A stretch of DNA of 64,000 bases from Haplodiscus bocki (taxonomy: Eukaryota). Below the pieces are notes generated by a model, which was not told the DNA's origin, ran no database searches, and saw only the letters and a list, made by a program, of their open reading frames with translations. The stretch covers positions 36,828,001 to 36,892,000 of the forward strand of contig OZ296656.1 in the NCBI GenBank assembly GCA_965655095.1, read 5' to 3'. Made by a program: the position numbers and the translations under genes. Below are positions 45,641-60,039 of the stretch, one piece after another; position 1 is the stretch's first letter; the number at the start of each line of letters is the position of its first letter.

Positions 45641-48600
45641 ATTTAGTCTCCAAAAATACGAAATCGTGATTATGAATTTGATATTGAAAATTTTGATGTC
45701 CGAAGTGATCCACTTTCCAAAGCCCCATTTAGATTGAGCAAAAACTTTCGTGTGGTTCTTCCAATTCCTGTCCGAATTATCAACCCATAACTTGAACGGT
45801 TTAGCCCGTAATCCTCAAAAAGTAAGCGTGCTGATCGGGTCCAAGACCACTGTATCATTAGATATGCATTTCTATTGCTCAGTATCAAATAATTGAAAAA
45901 TTAGATGAGCTTTCAACCAGAAAAAAAAACTGTTGTTAAATCAAATCACAAAATGGGGGATATTCTAGGGCATATTTTGAAAACGAATATTTACCTCCAA
46001 ATTACTTTTTTCAGTTTGCGAAAAAGTCAGAAATATGTAAAAAAAATTGTTTTTCCCCAAAAGTTTCATCTTTCGAACGTCTGTAATATTGGTTGTCGAA
46101 TTTTCAAACGGAGACTATTGTAATCTACGTTAACTTCCAAGGAACTTTTGTTCTTGTCACTTTTGTCAAGTTGATTAGTTTGTTAGTTTGTTCTGAGTGC
46201 TCAAAGTTGGCGCAAAATTAACGCTTAGTTGCAGTGTCTTATCACATAACTGTACCAGGTGAACCAGGATAACGCAGGTTCACTTCACTTTGAAATCTCC
46301 GCGGTTTTCCCTTCAGGAAGCCTTTGTCTCTCGTTCAAAAACAGTGCTGTTGACAAAATGAACCTTTGGCTAGAAAAATTCAAACATAAAATGATCAAAG
46401 GAATGCTGACCATTGTGCCATGCTCAAATTAACGTCTCTGGGCCACTCAATCAGTGTAATTCTTGTCGCCGCGTTCAAAGATGGCAACAGCAAAGTTACT
46501 TTCAAAGAATACGCTCTCTCCCACGCCAATCCCTAGAATCTTTTCATTACAAAATTTGAAGATATCTTTTCATTACCAAATTTGAAGAATATACTCTGTT
46601 GAGCAGATTTTTTCACAAAACTTTGTGCAATTTCTAACAGCATGCAGTTTTGATCAAAATTTTTGAATATGTGAGAAATATATGTTTTATAGTATACATA
46701 CTATAGTATATGACTTTATGAAACTATCGAAATTATACACTAGGAACAAAATATCATTGATTTATGGAGAGCTAAGACGAAATACGATATAATCAACAAC
46801 ATTTTGTGTGTGATGGTGTTTCATTCCTAACTATTTTGATAACAAAAATTTGAAAATTATCGCAAGCTACACAGTAGAGTTTGGGTTCAAATATTGGTTG
46901 AAATTTTTCCGGTATAGGGAAGTTATCGGTGTTCAAACCTTGGCTGGTAAACGCCCTTGTTTACGGAAAATTATCAGCGTTAACGGCACCGGAAAAATAG
47001 CTGCGATAATTTATGCTCCTGTAGTAGAAAAAATGAGCTCCTTTTCTGCTGTTACACGAGTGAAATACCGGTGAATTTTTAACGCTGGTACACCGACAAA
47101 ACACCAATGACTATTTTCTCAAACAATAAACTTGCATTATATAGAAACTTCCCTTCCAAGCTCAAATCAGCCAGAGCCAACAGCGTCTAAAGAAGAACAA
47201 ACATTATGACCCAGAATACTAGAATATGAAAATCTAAACGGAACGAAAATATTGTAAGAAGTAGAACTATCGGAAATTTTGGAAGAGCCAAACTGTCGCG
47301 CGTACTAGGGTGTTATCAAGTATGTTTACTATTGTTCGCTTTAGCTGAAAAGGCTAAGGGGTGTGTGCGGCCATACGTCTGCGCTATCGGGTAAGAAAGT
47401 CTTAGAAACTTACACTGTTGTTAGCTTTGTAAATTCGCCTTGCTAAACCGCGCGGACAAAATTACGTAAGTTCTACTGACAAGGATTGGTGAGCAAAAAA
47501 AGTACAAAAAAGGAGATGCAATTTTTACTGAAAATACGGAAACGGCAGTTAATTTAACAAATGCAAATGTGCACAAGATGAGATGAAATTTCGGAATGGT
47601 AGGATTATCGGGGCAAGATTTGAGCATTCCGAAATGTTAAAGACAGGCAGCCATTTTTCAATCCAAAGCAAATAGAAAACTTTACAAATCGTATCTGTAT
47701 ATAAATCTCATCTGTATAATATTTGAAACAATATGAATTCTCCAAGAAGCCAGTGAAATCAATTATCCACTGAGAAAAATCCTCTCCAGAATATATTCGA
47801 AGACATTCAAATTCACCCAGTGTCGGAATAACGGAAATAAAGAAATCATATCTTTGCAATATCCAGAATCTTCGAAGGAAGAATATGAGAAAATGTCGAA
47901 ATTTAGGAGGTCGCACTTTTAATTAATGTATTTAAATTATTTCAAAATTAAATTACTCGCATAGGTGGAGCTGCAATAATCAATAAAACTAATTTACAAA
48001 TCAATCCAATTCCTCGGAAATATTTATCAAATTTAAAGACTAAAATGACGCAATTTTTTTGGCTTTCGGTTAGGACGACTGGTTGCATTCAGTTTTTCTA
48101 AGTCGATTTTTTGCTTTTCTTTTTGTTTGCTCTGGTTTCAATTTTATGTCCTATTTGAATGAAATTAGCTAAGATTTTGGTAAAATGCGCTCGAACAGTC
48201 AACCTAGTCAGTTTTCTTAGATCCGTTTTTCCAGGCCGTGACTAAAATCAAAAGGTGTTACAGATTAGAACCTAAAATTTAATCTACGACTTTGGTAACA
48301 TGCAAGGAGCAGTTAACCAAGTTAAGTCTCTTAGGTTCCTCTATTTGTCAAGCGTAAGACACTGACGAGGATACTCTATGCATTTTGCTTTTATTTAAGA
48401 CTCAGTACTTGCGTAACATAGCAACTGAGCCAGATATCTTAATTTTCCCTTTTCCTCATAACGCGACTATGTCTCAGATTTATTGGAAGGGCTTTGTGAA
48501 GTTTTATCTTGTGGATAATATCTAGGACTCTTTAGCAACTGGTGTTAAGCTGTTGTTGACCGGGATATCTCTTAATTCCCTGATTTCTCAGGCGCGGTAT

Positions 48601-51600
48601 TTTTCTTCGCTATGTTACTGAGAAGGATCCATTTCAGTTTTTGAATTTTTGATTGACCAGTAGTTTACTAATTTTATTGGATTTGTGATACAAGAATCCA
48701 CTAAGAGTTGATAGCAATATTTACTCTACTAGAAATTCGGGAAAGAAGTTGAAAAATTAAGTTGGAGATTGGGTTCATCAGGTGGCTGTGGATCAACTGC
48801 AAAAATTAGGAGAGCAAGTAAGAGAGCTGTAGCAATTGAATGATTATTATGGACGTGCACTGGCTATTTATACACAGTTGGTCACGTGTCCTTGCCTTTT
48901 TGGGCAAGAGCCAATAGAATCAATTGGCGAGCAAATCAAGAGCGAAGAGGTTGGTTCTGCAGGTGAGGATTTTGTGACTGTGCTATAATTTGATTTAGAA
49001 TAATATCGATGGTCAGGATTTTGCAGTTGAGTCAGAATTTGACTTCGAATGATTTCAATGATGAGGATTTATACTGGAATCACAATGAAAAGAAAGTGGA
49101 AGCGACGTCCGCCTCGGGTAAATAGGCAAGTTAACTCGAGCGAGTTATTGAAGAATATGGATGTGCGCAGAGTATTTATACCCGTTTGGTCACGTGACCA
49201 AGCATGCTGGGTGATCGTCGGACAAAAAACTTCCGTAGATAGCGGTGTTTACGTTAGGATTATTTAGCTGGTATGAATGGACTGGCGGTTTTCTCAGAAT
49301 TTTTAGGTTTTCCGGCTAAGTCATAAATAGATGTAGAATATTTTCGATGATCAACGCCTTGCAGATAAGTCAAAATTTGACTTGGAATAATTTCAATGTT
49401 GAGCGTTTTTGCAGCTCATTCATAATTTGACAGAGAAAAATTTCGCTGTGTAAGATGACGAAAACGAGAATGGGAGAGTTTAGAATTTAAGAGAAGGGAG
49501 AGAGAAGGAAAGAAGAAAGTAAAATGTTGACGATAAACGAGTTAGTGAAATTTTGATTTCTTTGTTCGTGCCAAATGACTCCAAAGTGGCATCTGCTGAT
49601 TTTTCATGCCACCAATGGAAAAAAAGTGCATGTAAGGCATGTCAGACCCACTGACCAATAGGTTGATAGTAGATTGTAAGCAAAATCGAAATTTCAGTTT
49701 TTCTTTAGTTTCGACATCAATTTGTGCAATTCCAATCGAGTAATCTCCCCAAATTCAACTGTTGCCATAATGACGACAAATTTTTATACGTCAACATTTG
49801 ATATCAATTTGTATCCTCTCTGCCGCCATGTAGTCGGAATTTCTCTTCTTTTTTATGTAACCAAGATGGCTCAGCTGAGGGCGTTTATTTATGATTCCCC
49901 TGGGTTATCTCGCTGATGTTGAACTTGGATTTGGTTAGTAAACTTTACTTCTTCCGTGATATTGATTAGTTAGTGAATCAGGTTTAATTATCAAATAAAC
50001 AAAGTGCACTAATCATTTTCGGTTTTTACTAAAGATCTGATAAATCTTGGGTTTTTCAATCCGACCCGATATCTCTTGAGGTTAGTTTTGATTTTCAGTT
50101 AATTTTAATTTAAGATTCTGGATTTTTCGTAAAGTTTGAGCGTTAGTCGTAACCCGATAAAACTAAGAAGTCAAAGCCTCTTATTAGTCCAAATTTTATA
50201 CAGTCTTGAATGATTATGACATGGCCACTAATACTGGTAAGACTACCATGTGAATCCATGCGCAAATTTAAAGCACTGTCAATACCGAGAAAAGTGAAGA
50301 AAAAGGAAGTGCCTTCCAAGAAAATGGGCTGAATTTTGAAAGAAAATGAAGATTTCACACAAAAAAAAAGAACAAAAACTTGAATATCGGCTCTCGGCTG
50401 TGAAAAACAACAAAGAGCATAAGGGCATAAAATAGTAAAAAACCAGGACATTGTAACAGGATTAAAAAAACACAAAAAATGCAATAAAGCATCAACAACA
50501 AACCAGTCGGACCCTGGTCGACTCTCATTGTTGTAGCAATACAATCCTACTGAGATCTTGCGACAACGTTAGTATAGTCACGGTCATGTGGTAGGATTTT
50601 GCTACACTTCCCACTTCCCGGACAACAAAAAACACTTACGACTTCCATGACTGCAAGAAAAGTGTACAACAAGCGTCCAAGTTAGGAAAAGCATCTGTAT
50701 CCAAACTTTTGGAGATGAATTCAAATCTCCGAAAAAAAGTAAAAGCAAATTGGAACAACTGGAAAACAAAAGAGTCTCAGAAAACAAAAGAAAGTTTAAA
50801 GTAGTTGTAACAAATTATCGTCATAAATAGTCCCGAAGTTGTAGGATAAATTCTATCACACTTAAGCATTCTTAAAAAACATCAATTTTTATCTCCCATC
50901 GGAAACATTCATTTCGTTTAGTTCTAAAATTCAGATACACTGTCAGCGCCATCCTGCCGTTAGTTCTTGTGTGTTCCTTAAGAAACATGATTTCGATGTC
51001 TTTTGTCAGCATTCCATTTCAATTGCTTCAACATAGAAAAAAACGGGCATTTCGACGCTTCGAAAAACTGTTTAAGAAAGTTTTGATGGAAACTGATGAA
51101 ATCCAAAATGAAAATTTTAAGTATATTTTGAGGTTTTCATCAAACAGTTGAAAACTGATATTTATTGAAAGAGCATGAAAAGGTCAGTCTAGGTAGTTTC
51201 GATCCCTGCGATGAAAACCGATGCGAATCCTAATCGAGGTAGAAGTCGATATGGAAAGTTTCACTTCGCATGTATAAAAACCGGTGAAAATCTAGATTCT
51301 CCCAACGGAACTGCGAGTTGTTTTTACTACTAGGATATAAGCTGATTAGTTTCCTAATGACCATTCTTCTATTCTGTCAGGGGTTATTTTTTCATTTTAG
51401 TCCTCCGTTCAATGAAAGTTATATTTGTGGAACGCAGGGTAGACCTATGGCGTTAAAATATTGAACGGATGTTTCCTAATGAAATTGTTTTCCGCCTCAT
51501 TGATGGTTTTTGTCTTACTTGACTTTGTCGAGTCGATTCAGAGGTCAATCATAGTGGCTTTTAGTGTTGCGATTGGAGCTGATCGGTGTCTTTCTTTATC

Positions 51601-52639
51601 TGTGCTACCATACTTGAGTATTCATCGGAACGGAATTTGTCATTTTCATGGATGTCTTTCAGAACTTTGGTGTTTGTTCGATGAACCAACCTTTATCAGC
51701 TCAGAACTATTTTTAGATGATAAATAACGTTGTTTAGGTTTTACATAGGCTCATTCTTACCGGCAGATGGTAAATAGTAGTACATATTTGCATTGAAATT
51801 GTTATCCAATTGTGGCTACAGTACATGCAGTAAGATCTCAGTAATAATAATGCTTTGATGCATATGTAATATAGCTTAATTTTAGGGATACTTAGATATC
51901 TCATACTTCTCTGTTGAGGGCATTACAGATGGACTTGTGGAAGGATTGAGTTTCTCGGTTCGAGCCAGAAAGGGTATATCAGGCGTAATGTTTTTCAAAA
52001 CCAAAAACGACAGCTTTCGGCTTTATATGCGGTATATAGTTGTCAATTTCTTTAAACTAGCTCAAACTTTTCAACATAAATCTCATTTGTAGCATTGTGT
52101 CACTGGTAAAAGGTAGATAATATTTTGAGATTCTTTTCTTTATCAGGAGGCGTACGAACCTTTTCATTCTTAAATAGATAAGGTTTTAATGATGTTTTGT
52201 TTCGGATATTTCATTTCTTTTCTTTAGCACTCACTTTAATATGCAAGAAGGCCTGACTGCAATTCAAGGACAGTAGAGAATAAATTTGAAAGTTGTTTCT
52301 AAGCTGATCTAAACTATAAGATTCTAAAAGATGAAACTAGCAATAAATGGACGACTACTAATAGCGCCTTGCCACAGTGAAGCATGATATGCCATGAATA
52401 ACAGAGAAACCCAACATGCCACTAGTTTTACTAGATGCCGAGCACTTTCCTACCTCTCAGAAATATGCTTTTGTGCAGAAAAAACTTTGTGCTGTTTTAT
52501 TCTTCCTTCATGATTCTACGGTGTCTAGTGTTTAGCTTGTCACGGCCAACGAATTAGATCACAGACAACCTTAATTCCCTAATCAATGGAAGTACGCGTT
52601 AGGCAAGCCCGGAATAGACCATACTTTCTTCAATTTATA

Positions 52640-52696
52640 TGACCCAGTGGAAATGACAAAAGGGCGCTAAAGCCACTAGTTGCGGCTTCGAATCCC
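52640..52696 (+). mobile_element. tRNA-derived SINE head interrupted by an LTR-like element
   Basis: A-box-like TGACCCAGTGG and B-box-like GGCTTCGAATCCC. A tRNA-like tail TCGGGGA resumes at 53407. Confidence 0.35.
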
Positions 52697-53406
52697 TGGT
52701 CAGGTGAGTATCCCGCGGTTGTCATCCGCGCTATCGATGGGGTCCTAGAGTTTCTGGGTCTGTCTGTGAGGGAAGATTCGGACGGGTACTTGCCGTCGTG
52801 AATTCTCTGGCCGACTTTATTTGGATTAATCGGCCCATCATTTATGCTACGGCAGAAATTTGGGCAAGGACAAGTTCAAGATTCGCTTTGATTCTTTCTT
52901 GGACCATTTCCGGAGAGAAACTTGTACTGGTTCCATTATCCCGTTCGATTTCAATAACTTTGGCTGCTACTGTCAATTGTTCTTCGTGAGTGGACAATTC
53001 TGGACATGCGTGTAAATGCTGAGTATTTCCACTCCTCAGTCTTCTATAGTTGTGGGAAAAGCTCATACAATCGGCGAAGAGTTTAAATTAGATAAAAAGC
53101 TGATATATTTTCGCCAACCCGGTAGTTTAATCATTTTACAAAAGGAAAAGCTTTTAGGTGGATGTAAAACGATGTATCCGACTAGATGAGGGTTACATTG
53201 CTCGAAGATCACAAATCAAAGTTAGGTGTACGCAAAGCTGCATAAGTCTTCCCAAGTGAGCTCTTGTTAGCACGAGCTAAATCTAGTCAGCACTCGTTAG
53301 TACACGTTATCACTAAATATCTCAAGTAATGAATCGCTGAGGGTTTTGCTCTTCACGGTCGCATTTACGTGGTCACGTGACCGATGGTAAGACGCAATTC
53401 TTAACA
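52697..53406 (-). mobile_element. Solo-LTR-like element with a gag-like N-terminal ORF
   Basis: Minus strand starts TGTTAAG with GGTCACGTGACC ~25 bp in. ORF MSFSHNYRRLRSG...QERIKANLELVLAQISA.. runs toward a ..CCTGAC(C)A end. Confidence 0.5.
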
Positions 53407-56400
53407 TCGGGGATCTCTTATTGGGTTGTTAGCCTCGATGTTGATTGAATATAAAGTGAGTGATGGGCAATTCCACCGTTAGAGCGACAAATGCATGAAA
53501 TTTATGCAAATTATAGTACAAGATTTGTATGAATTAAATATGGCGTCGATAAATGGTAAAAAAAAATAGGCTCTAAAAATGACATATATGGAAGGTGTTC
53601 AAGTCAAAAAACTCACTGGGGTTGTTTGAGACATTTTTTCATTAACATCGGATTATGTCCGTGCGTTGAATCTACAAGATAGTGAAGTTACAGCAGACAT
53701 CGGCGGAAAATGTCTGTCTTCCGATGTATTATCCAATCAATTTTGATCTAATATGTATGCAATTACTGTCCAACTGGGACGTCGGAAAATGTCCTAAAGC
53801 TGATACATCGGGTTATTCGGCGTTTGGACATTGGAGAATGTCTGATTACATGTATTTAACTTATTTTACACTACGGAGTCAGAGTGGTTCTTTGTTACAT
53901 CTCAGATATCGGAGAGTGTCTGAGATTTGGTGCAAGTTGTTTTTCCAAACGAAACTGATGTTTTTTGTCTTGTGTATACTCTTGCGTGTTCAATCCATCG
54001 GTTTCTGTTGGTAGTTCAACTGCAGAGGGAATATTCACCATTTTCCACCGCGGACGGATGGAAAATGATGTAAATCTTTAAGCTCTCCAAAATCCATTCT
54101 GGTCGGGTTGTATCTACTGCTAATCTCTTGATACTTTTCTCTTTTTGACAGTTCTCGCGTTCGCCTATTGTAGAATGGATTTCGGAGTGAAAACATGGGG
54201 ACGGATGTTTTCCGATGTGGCTTCGGTTGAGTTCGATAAAAGTCTGTTGAGTCAATTTACTGGATTACAGAAGGCACATGTAACTATTGCAGGTTTCCGG
54301 CCAAAGGTCACCGCTGTCTTTTAATCTCTTGACATGTTTTTGCACCTTTGAGCTTCAGTCAGAATCTAGCGCCAGTCAGGTTTGTGTTTTCAGGTATTTT
54401 CTGCACTGTTTGTTTGGTGTGATGTAACTGCTAATTTAAAAAATTCTCAGCAATATTTGGTTTTGCTTACTACATAGTGTGTTATACAATATATAATCGC
54501 TTTCATATCGGGGAGGGGCAGGGGAAATAATATGACATAGTTTCTTTTATACCGTTATGCATTTTCCATCTACAGAACTTGCATTAAGAACCTATTTACT
54601 ATATTAGATTCATACATATAGAACATAGACGTAGTTTTAAGGATATTCAGATAACTCAGTATTTTGCTCATGCGTGCATGACACCCAGTGTAGGTGTACA
54701 TTTAGTGCCGAAAATTTTACCGAAAAGATACTTATACTCGAAGAAGTGTCAGAACTCCGGTGCAAAATTTTTTCGTAAAAACCCTTTATCGAACCTAACG
54801 AATCGATCGACAAGTACCAGGCTCGAATCGCAGCGTCGGCTATGTTCTCTAGCAATTTGTACGAAAAACAAAACCAAAATACTTTATATTCATTCATCAA
54901 CTCCTAGCAAAGTCAAATCCTATCACTAATTTGGGCTAAATGGGCGGCGCCGACTCTGGCAATTCATGGCTTACGGTTTTTCACAGCTCATTTGAAAGAT
55001 GTTTCAATTGATATTCAAATAAAGACATAACTGTTCCACCTTGCTGCATCTTTTCAAGGAGGATAGTCGTGATATGCAGTCATGATATTAGATAATGCGG
55101 TGAATCAAATTTAGTAAACTATGCAGAAATGCAAACAGATAGGTTAACTATAGTAGTTCAATTTAAGCAAAATTCCTTTCAACAGCTCGTTAGAAGGGCT
55201 ATGGGATGGCAATTTAGTTTGCCAAAAAACGTATTCCAAACAAGTTGCAAATGGAGTCCAAAAATTAGCCAAATAAACTCTGCAAGCATTGCGTACTTTG
55301 ACTTTTGAGCCAAAAACTTAAGATAGCAAGATACTAAAGAGACAATATGTTAGTTTTGGTAACTCTTCCAAAGCCATCATCAATCATGAAAAATTTGAAA
55401 ATTTTCAGAAAAAAATCTAAGAAATGCAAATGCACATTTTCAACAGCTAGTGCTATTACAAAGGTTTCGAAAGTCTAATAGCAAAAACTTTGTTGGGTTT
55501 TGAACAGTTCATGAGAAGTTTTCCGCCAATACAAGATTTCAGCAGTCGCATAAAATTAAAGGGAGTATTTCGGAAAGACAGAAATCAGAAAATGCAATTT
55601 CTACTTTCTGTACTAGTCGTGGTATATTTTTCAAACAAAGAACGTTAATTTTTTTTTCTAAATTTCAATGAAGTTTTTGCTTTCCTGCTTTTTCTACAAT
55701 ATGTACAATATGTACAATATGTACATTCTACAAACTGTGGCTACTTTCATTCTGCTCTAACAGCCACATATTGGACAGTGCGAGGCTCCACTGAAAAAAC
55801 AGCTAATCAATAACAAAGCAGCGGAGATTAAAAATAATGAACCATTTTTAATAACTTGAGATTGACCTTAAGTACACTTGACGGCACTTTCTAGACGAAG
55901 ACAATCCAACCAAAACTACTTTAACAAAATAATCTTTCTATAATCACGCCTTGAGCCTTAAAAATATTAACTTTACTCTTTCTTTTATCTCTAAAATCAG
56001 TCGCACATATAACTACCCATAAAAGAAACACATTTAGTGAAACGCTTGCACATTTATACTGAAACATTTAATAGCTTTCTTTGCCTTACATTTACAATTT
56101 TATCGAAACATTTATGCCGAAAAATTCAAAAACTTTCCCTACTTTTCAATTTTAAAATTATAACGAAAATATTCTTATCTTTGCTATTATTCACGAGACC
56201 CCTGACATTCCAGGCTTGGTGCATAATCTTTTTATACCCTCGAAAACGTAGAGACTACGAAGCCTAAAGTCAGAACATTGAAGAGACACAATTTCAAATC
56301 TCGTTCGCAAATGGCAGCTCTCCGAAATCTCCAGTCACTTCTGAAATTCTTCCGGTGCAATTTTCCCCCGTGAAATAGCTATAATGTAGGTCCATAACTT

Positions 56401-58760
56401 TGTTAAACTACAATTTTATAATATCCTCTCTTTAAAAACTTCAGTTTTTTCCAGAAACAAACCCAAGAAAAGAAAACAACAAACCTACTAAAACAACCGT
56501 CCAGGCATCCGGGCGACAAAGTTTATTAGAAAGTTCTTGTCATGAACTTAACAGTAAAGTCACGGTTGTTTAATTGGTGACAGGAGTGGGATTGTAATTG
56601 TGAATTTAGACTAAAATTTTGTTTCAATTAGCGTGACTTAGTTTCTTTTTTTCCAAGCTGCCTCCAGATCTTCTTCCTGGGACTTGTCCCGCGCTGACGC
56701 TAGTTGTGCTCCCTATCGAAAACTTTCATTTGGATGGGGCCCATAAGTTAGAAAGTTCTTCATGAGCATGGGCAAATTGGCTGTTTTCGGAAATTTTTCT
56801 TCAACTGCAAGGTACGTTTAGAATTTTTTTATTTGCTTTCAATTTTAACTAGTTTCCCAATGATATAAAACTAACCTTCGTTGAAAAATGTTTTATTGTC
56901 ACCCCAGATTTTGTCAATCCTGTACCGAAATTGTTGTTAACGTAAACCCAAAGTCCCAAATTGTGACCCAAATGTCCTAGAAAATGGACATAACATGACC
57001 GAACAACAAAATTACCCAACCCATGTTACATAACCACATTAAGCAGATACGTGTTTTTGCTTTAAACCGCAATCTTGCTGACAATCCTCCGCCTCGATAC
57101 ACGCGAAACGCTAACGGTTCTCAACTTTTCGACCGAAGCGCTGTTTGTCTGAGTTCCTTTTTGCTCTTTTGCTTGCTTATATTTTTACTCCTGATAATCC
57201 TTGGCTAAGTATTCATTCTGAATTGGTTAGAATAGATGGCTAAGACCTGTTTAATCCAAGATAGCACTCAAAATGGGATGTGAGATAAAGTGTCTGACCA
57301 CGGCCAAAATTTAGAAAATTTGTATTTTTGAAACAATAGGCTGCAACACGGTAGCGCATGGCCTTGTTCACAGTATAAGTCTACCCTTTGCCAACTTTAC
57401 CTAAACAAGCAATAATAATTCCCCGCCATCACTGTCATTTCAATCCTTTTCAGGCACCTGTCGAATATCGACCTCTGCACATCCTAATTTTAGGGCCGAA
57501 CTGTCCATACTTGCACTTGCATTTTAAATTAGAGGAAATCCATTTTCTTTTTCACTCAGTTCCACAAACAAGTCTCTCAGTTTCTGGTAGTAGTTTTTCC
57601 GAAACATCATCACAAACAAAATTTTCAGTCGTTTGCGATGAATTTAGCCCAGATTTGGGTCACAAATCTACAACTTTTGGTTTCCTTCATCACTAATTTG
57701 TATAATCCTACGATCATAGTAGTCTCAAAACAATCAATACCCACTGAAACGCTTGCTTCCTTGTAACGCAATTTCAAAAAATCATAAAAGAAAACTACGA
57801 AAATGGTTATAACTAACCGCCAAGTTGGAGGTCCATCGAGATTTTTTGCACCACGAATTCACGGAATTTAAAGTCCTTATCCCATAGGTCTCATCGTTTC
57901 ACGGCAAGCTAATATTCAAACGAATTTTTTGGGATTACGGTGAGCTACTCCACCTTTATGGCCTCAAAAAAGTAATATATGCACCAGAAATGTTTCATTG
58001 CGTTATTCGTTCTGGCACATCAGAGTGTAACCCTCTTGAGTGAATTTTCACAAAAAACACATCTCACTTGGACACATTCTTCAACAATGTTCATGCATAT
58101 GAAGAAATGCTTGAGTACATGAGCACCTATGTGGATACTGAAAGTGATTGACTGATTATATGCCATTGTATCCCGAAAACTATGAACAACATTCAGTACA
58201 TTTTTTGTGGGCTTCACCCAACAAAGGGATTCTGTTTATTACCAAGATTGTTTGGAACGCACAAGGTGACCCTATGTTGTTTGGCAAATTTAGTGGTCAA
58301 CAAGGACTTGGTTTTTTGTATTTAGAAGTTTTTCCAAACATATCAACATGGCGACATTTTTAATTTCGTTTGTTAGCCTATAAAAATTTTTTTACGAAAA
58401 CGCCACGACTAATCAACACATTTTTGGAGAATTGACAAAGTTTATCTCCATCTACCCTGAGTATTGATTTTAAGGTCGATTTTATTCTCTTTCTACAGCA
58501 ATTGAATTGAAATTCTGCAATAATGATCGATTCTGTTGACGAAACAGAAGCTTTAGAGAATGAAAACACCATCAAAGAGCCCGTAATCGGAAAAATAAAA
58601 GCTTCTTCAACGGAAAAGTAAAAGCAATCCGACTGCACAGGCCGGTGGGTCATCCGCTTTTAGTGGTCAATTTTCCACAATTTTTGGAAGTGGACCATCT
58701 CTTACTCCATCTGCAGCAACCCTTTTAACGGGTTTTTCACAATCATTTCCGGCATGCTTG

Positions 58761-59937
58761 ATGCAAGAACCGTTTAATGGCTCTGGAGATTTTGAGGATT
58801 CCCGTGGTCAATATAACACAGACCCAATTTCGTCTGGATGGTATCGCCCATGCTTTACACGATTACTGACCTCAATATTTTGCACTCCGATTGAAAGGCA
58901 ATGCACTTCTTTTCTTTTCAACACTTTCCCAAGATCACCATAAGATTTTTAATTTTTTGGTGGATGCTTTTCACCAACAATATACAACAAAGGAAGAAAT
59001 TTTGAAAGCTTGACTGAGGGCCGCCCAGCAAAAACCTGGACAAGACATTGCTACATTTCTTTGCGACATTCGGAACTTAGCCCGTCGCACTTATTGCGAC
59101 CACCCACATTTACTTGAACAAATAGTCGTAACTAGTTTCACTGAAGGCCTAAAAAACTCTACCTTCCTAAATATGGGAATTGAGAAAGCTGAAACATGAA
59201 AACGCTGACCATGCTTTGGCGAAAGCACTCGAACTGCAGGCGTACCTGGAATTGAAGGGACGAAGCCACATCGTGACTGACAGCAGAAGCTTCGCGGGTG
59301 TGAATCACATGACTAATCAATTCCTGACGGACAACACCGCCTTTTTCGAGGAAATTGTCCGGTCGCTTAAAAGAGACACAGATGACATGCCGCAAAACCG
59401 AAACCGAGGATCACGCGATAGTTCTCGTAGCAAGGAGCGAGAATCAAAAAACTCCATGGACAGGAGAAATTGGAATGACTCACGGAAGAACAGAAGAAAC
59501 AGATAAGGAACTCACACACGAGACAACTACAATGTTTATCTGACTTCGCGCATTCTACAAGACAATCACGATGATTCACGCCACAGATGTGGCCGCAGAC
59601 ATGATTGTCGAGAGCATGGTCCATGCCAACAGAGTAGAACGGTTCCATTTGAGTTACGTCGCAATGACTATAAAGGAAACAACCATCAAATCACAAATTT
59701 CCAGTGCCGCAGTAATGACAACCGACCACACTCACCGTACCAAAACAGAAAACATGACTTTAAATCTGATCTTGGACGACGCAGCTACAACAATGCAAAC
59801 AGGTCACAAAACCAAACCTATACGCATTGCAAAATAACTAATCATAACTCCAAAAATGTAAAACTTGTTTTAATTGTTTCAAAATTAGGCATTTCCATCA
59901 TGAGTGCCGCGCTCCATGGTCAAGTAATTTAAACTAA
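58761..59937 (+). pseudogene. gag: gag with two CCHC zinc knuckles
   Basis: MQEPFNGSGDFED..; ALAKALELQAYLELKG; xTHCKITNHNSKxC and CFNCFKIRHFHHEC; ends NLN*. Confidence 0.75.
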
Positions 59938-59975
59938 ACAACTCTACGCCAGCCGGTCCCCGCGCTGACAATAAT
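59928..59975 (+). promoter_or_regulatory. Putative -1 ribosomal frameshift signal (T TTA AAC plus downstream stem)
   Basis: Slippery heptamer in the gag frame immediately before TAA. CAGC...GCTG stem starts about 15 nt downstream. Confidence 0.6.
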
Positions 59976-60039
59976 TACAGGAAAGACCCACAAACAGGTA
60001 TAGTTTTTAAACCAGTAGTAGATCCTCGTAGTGTTTTTT

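Noticed and set aside
55696-55725. Short tandem repeats (ACAATATGT x3; also a 14-bp unit at ~23146-23181)
   Set aside because: Ordinary slippage duplications.
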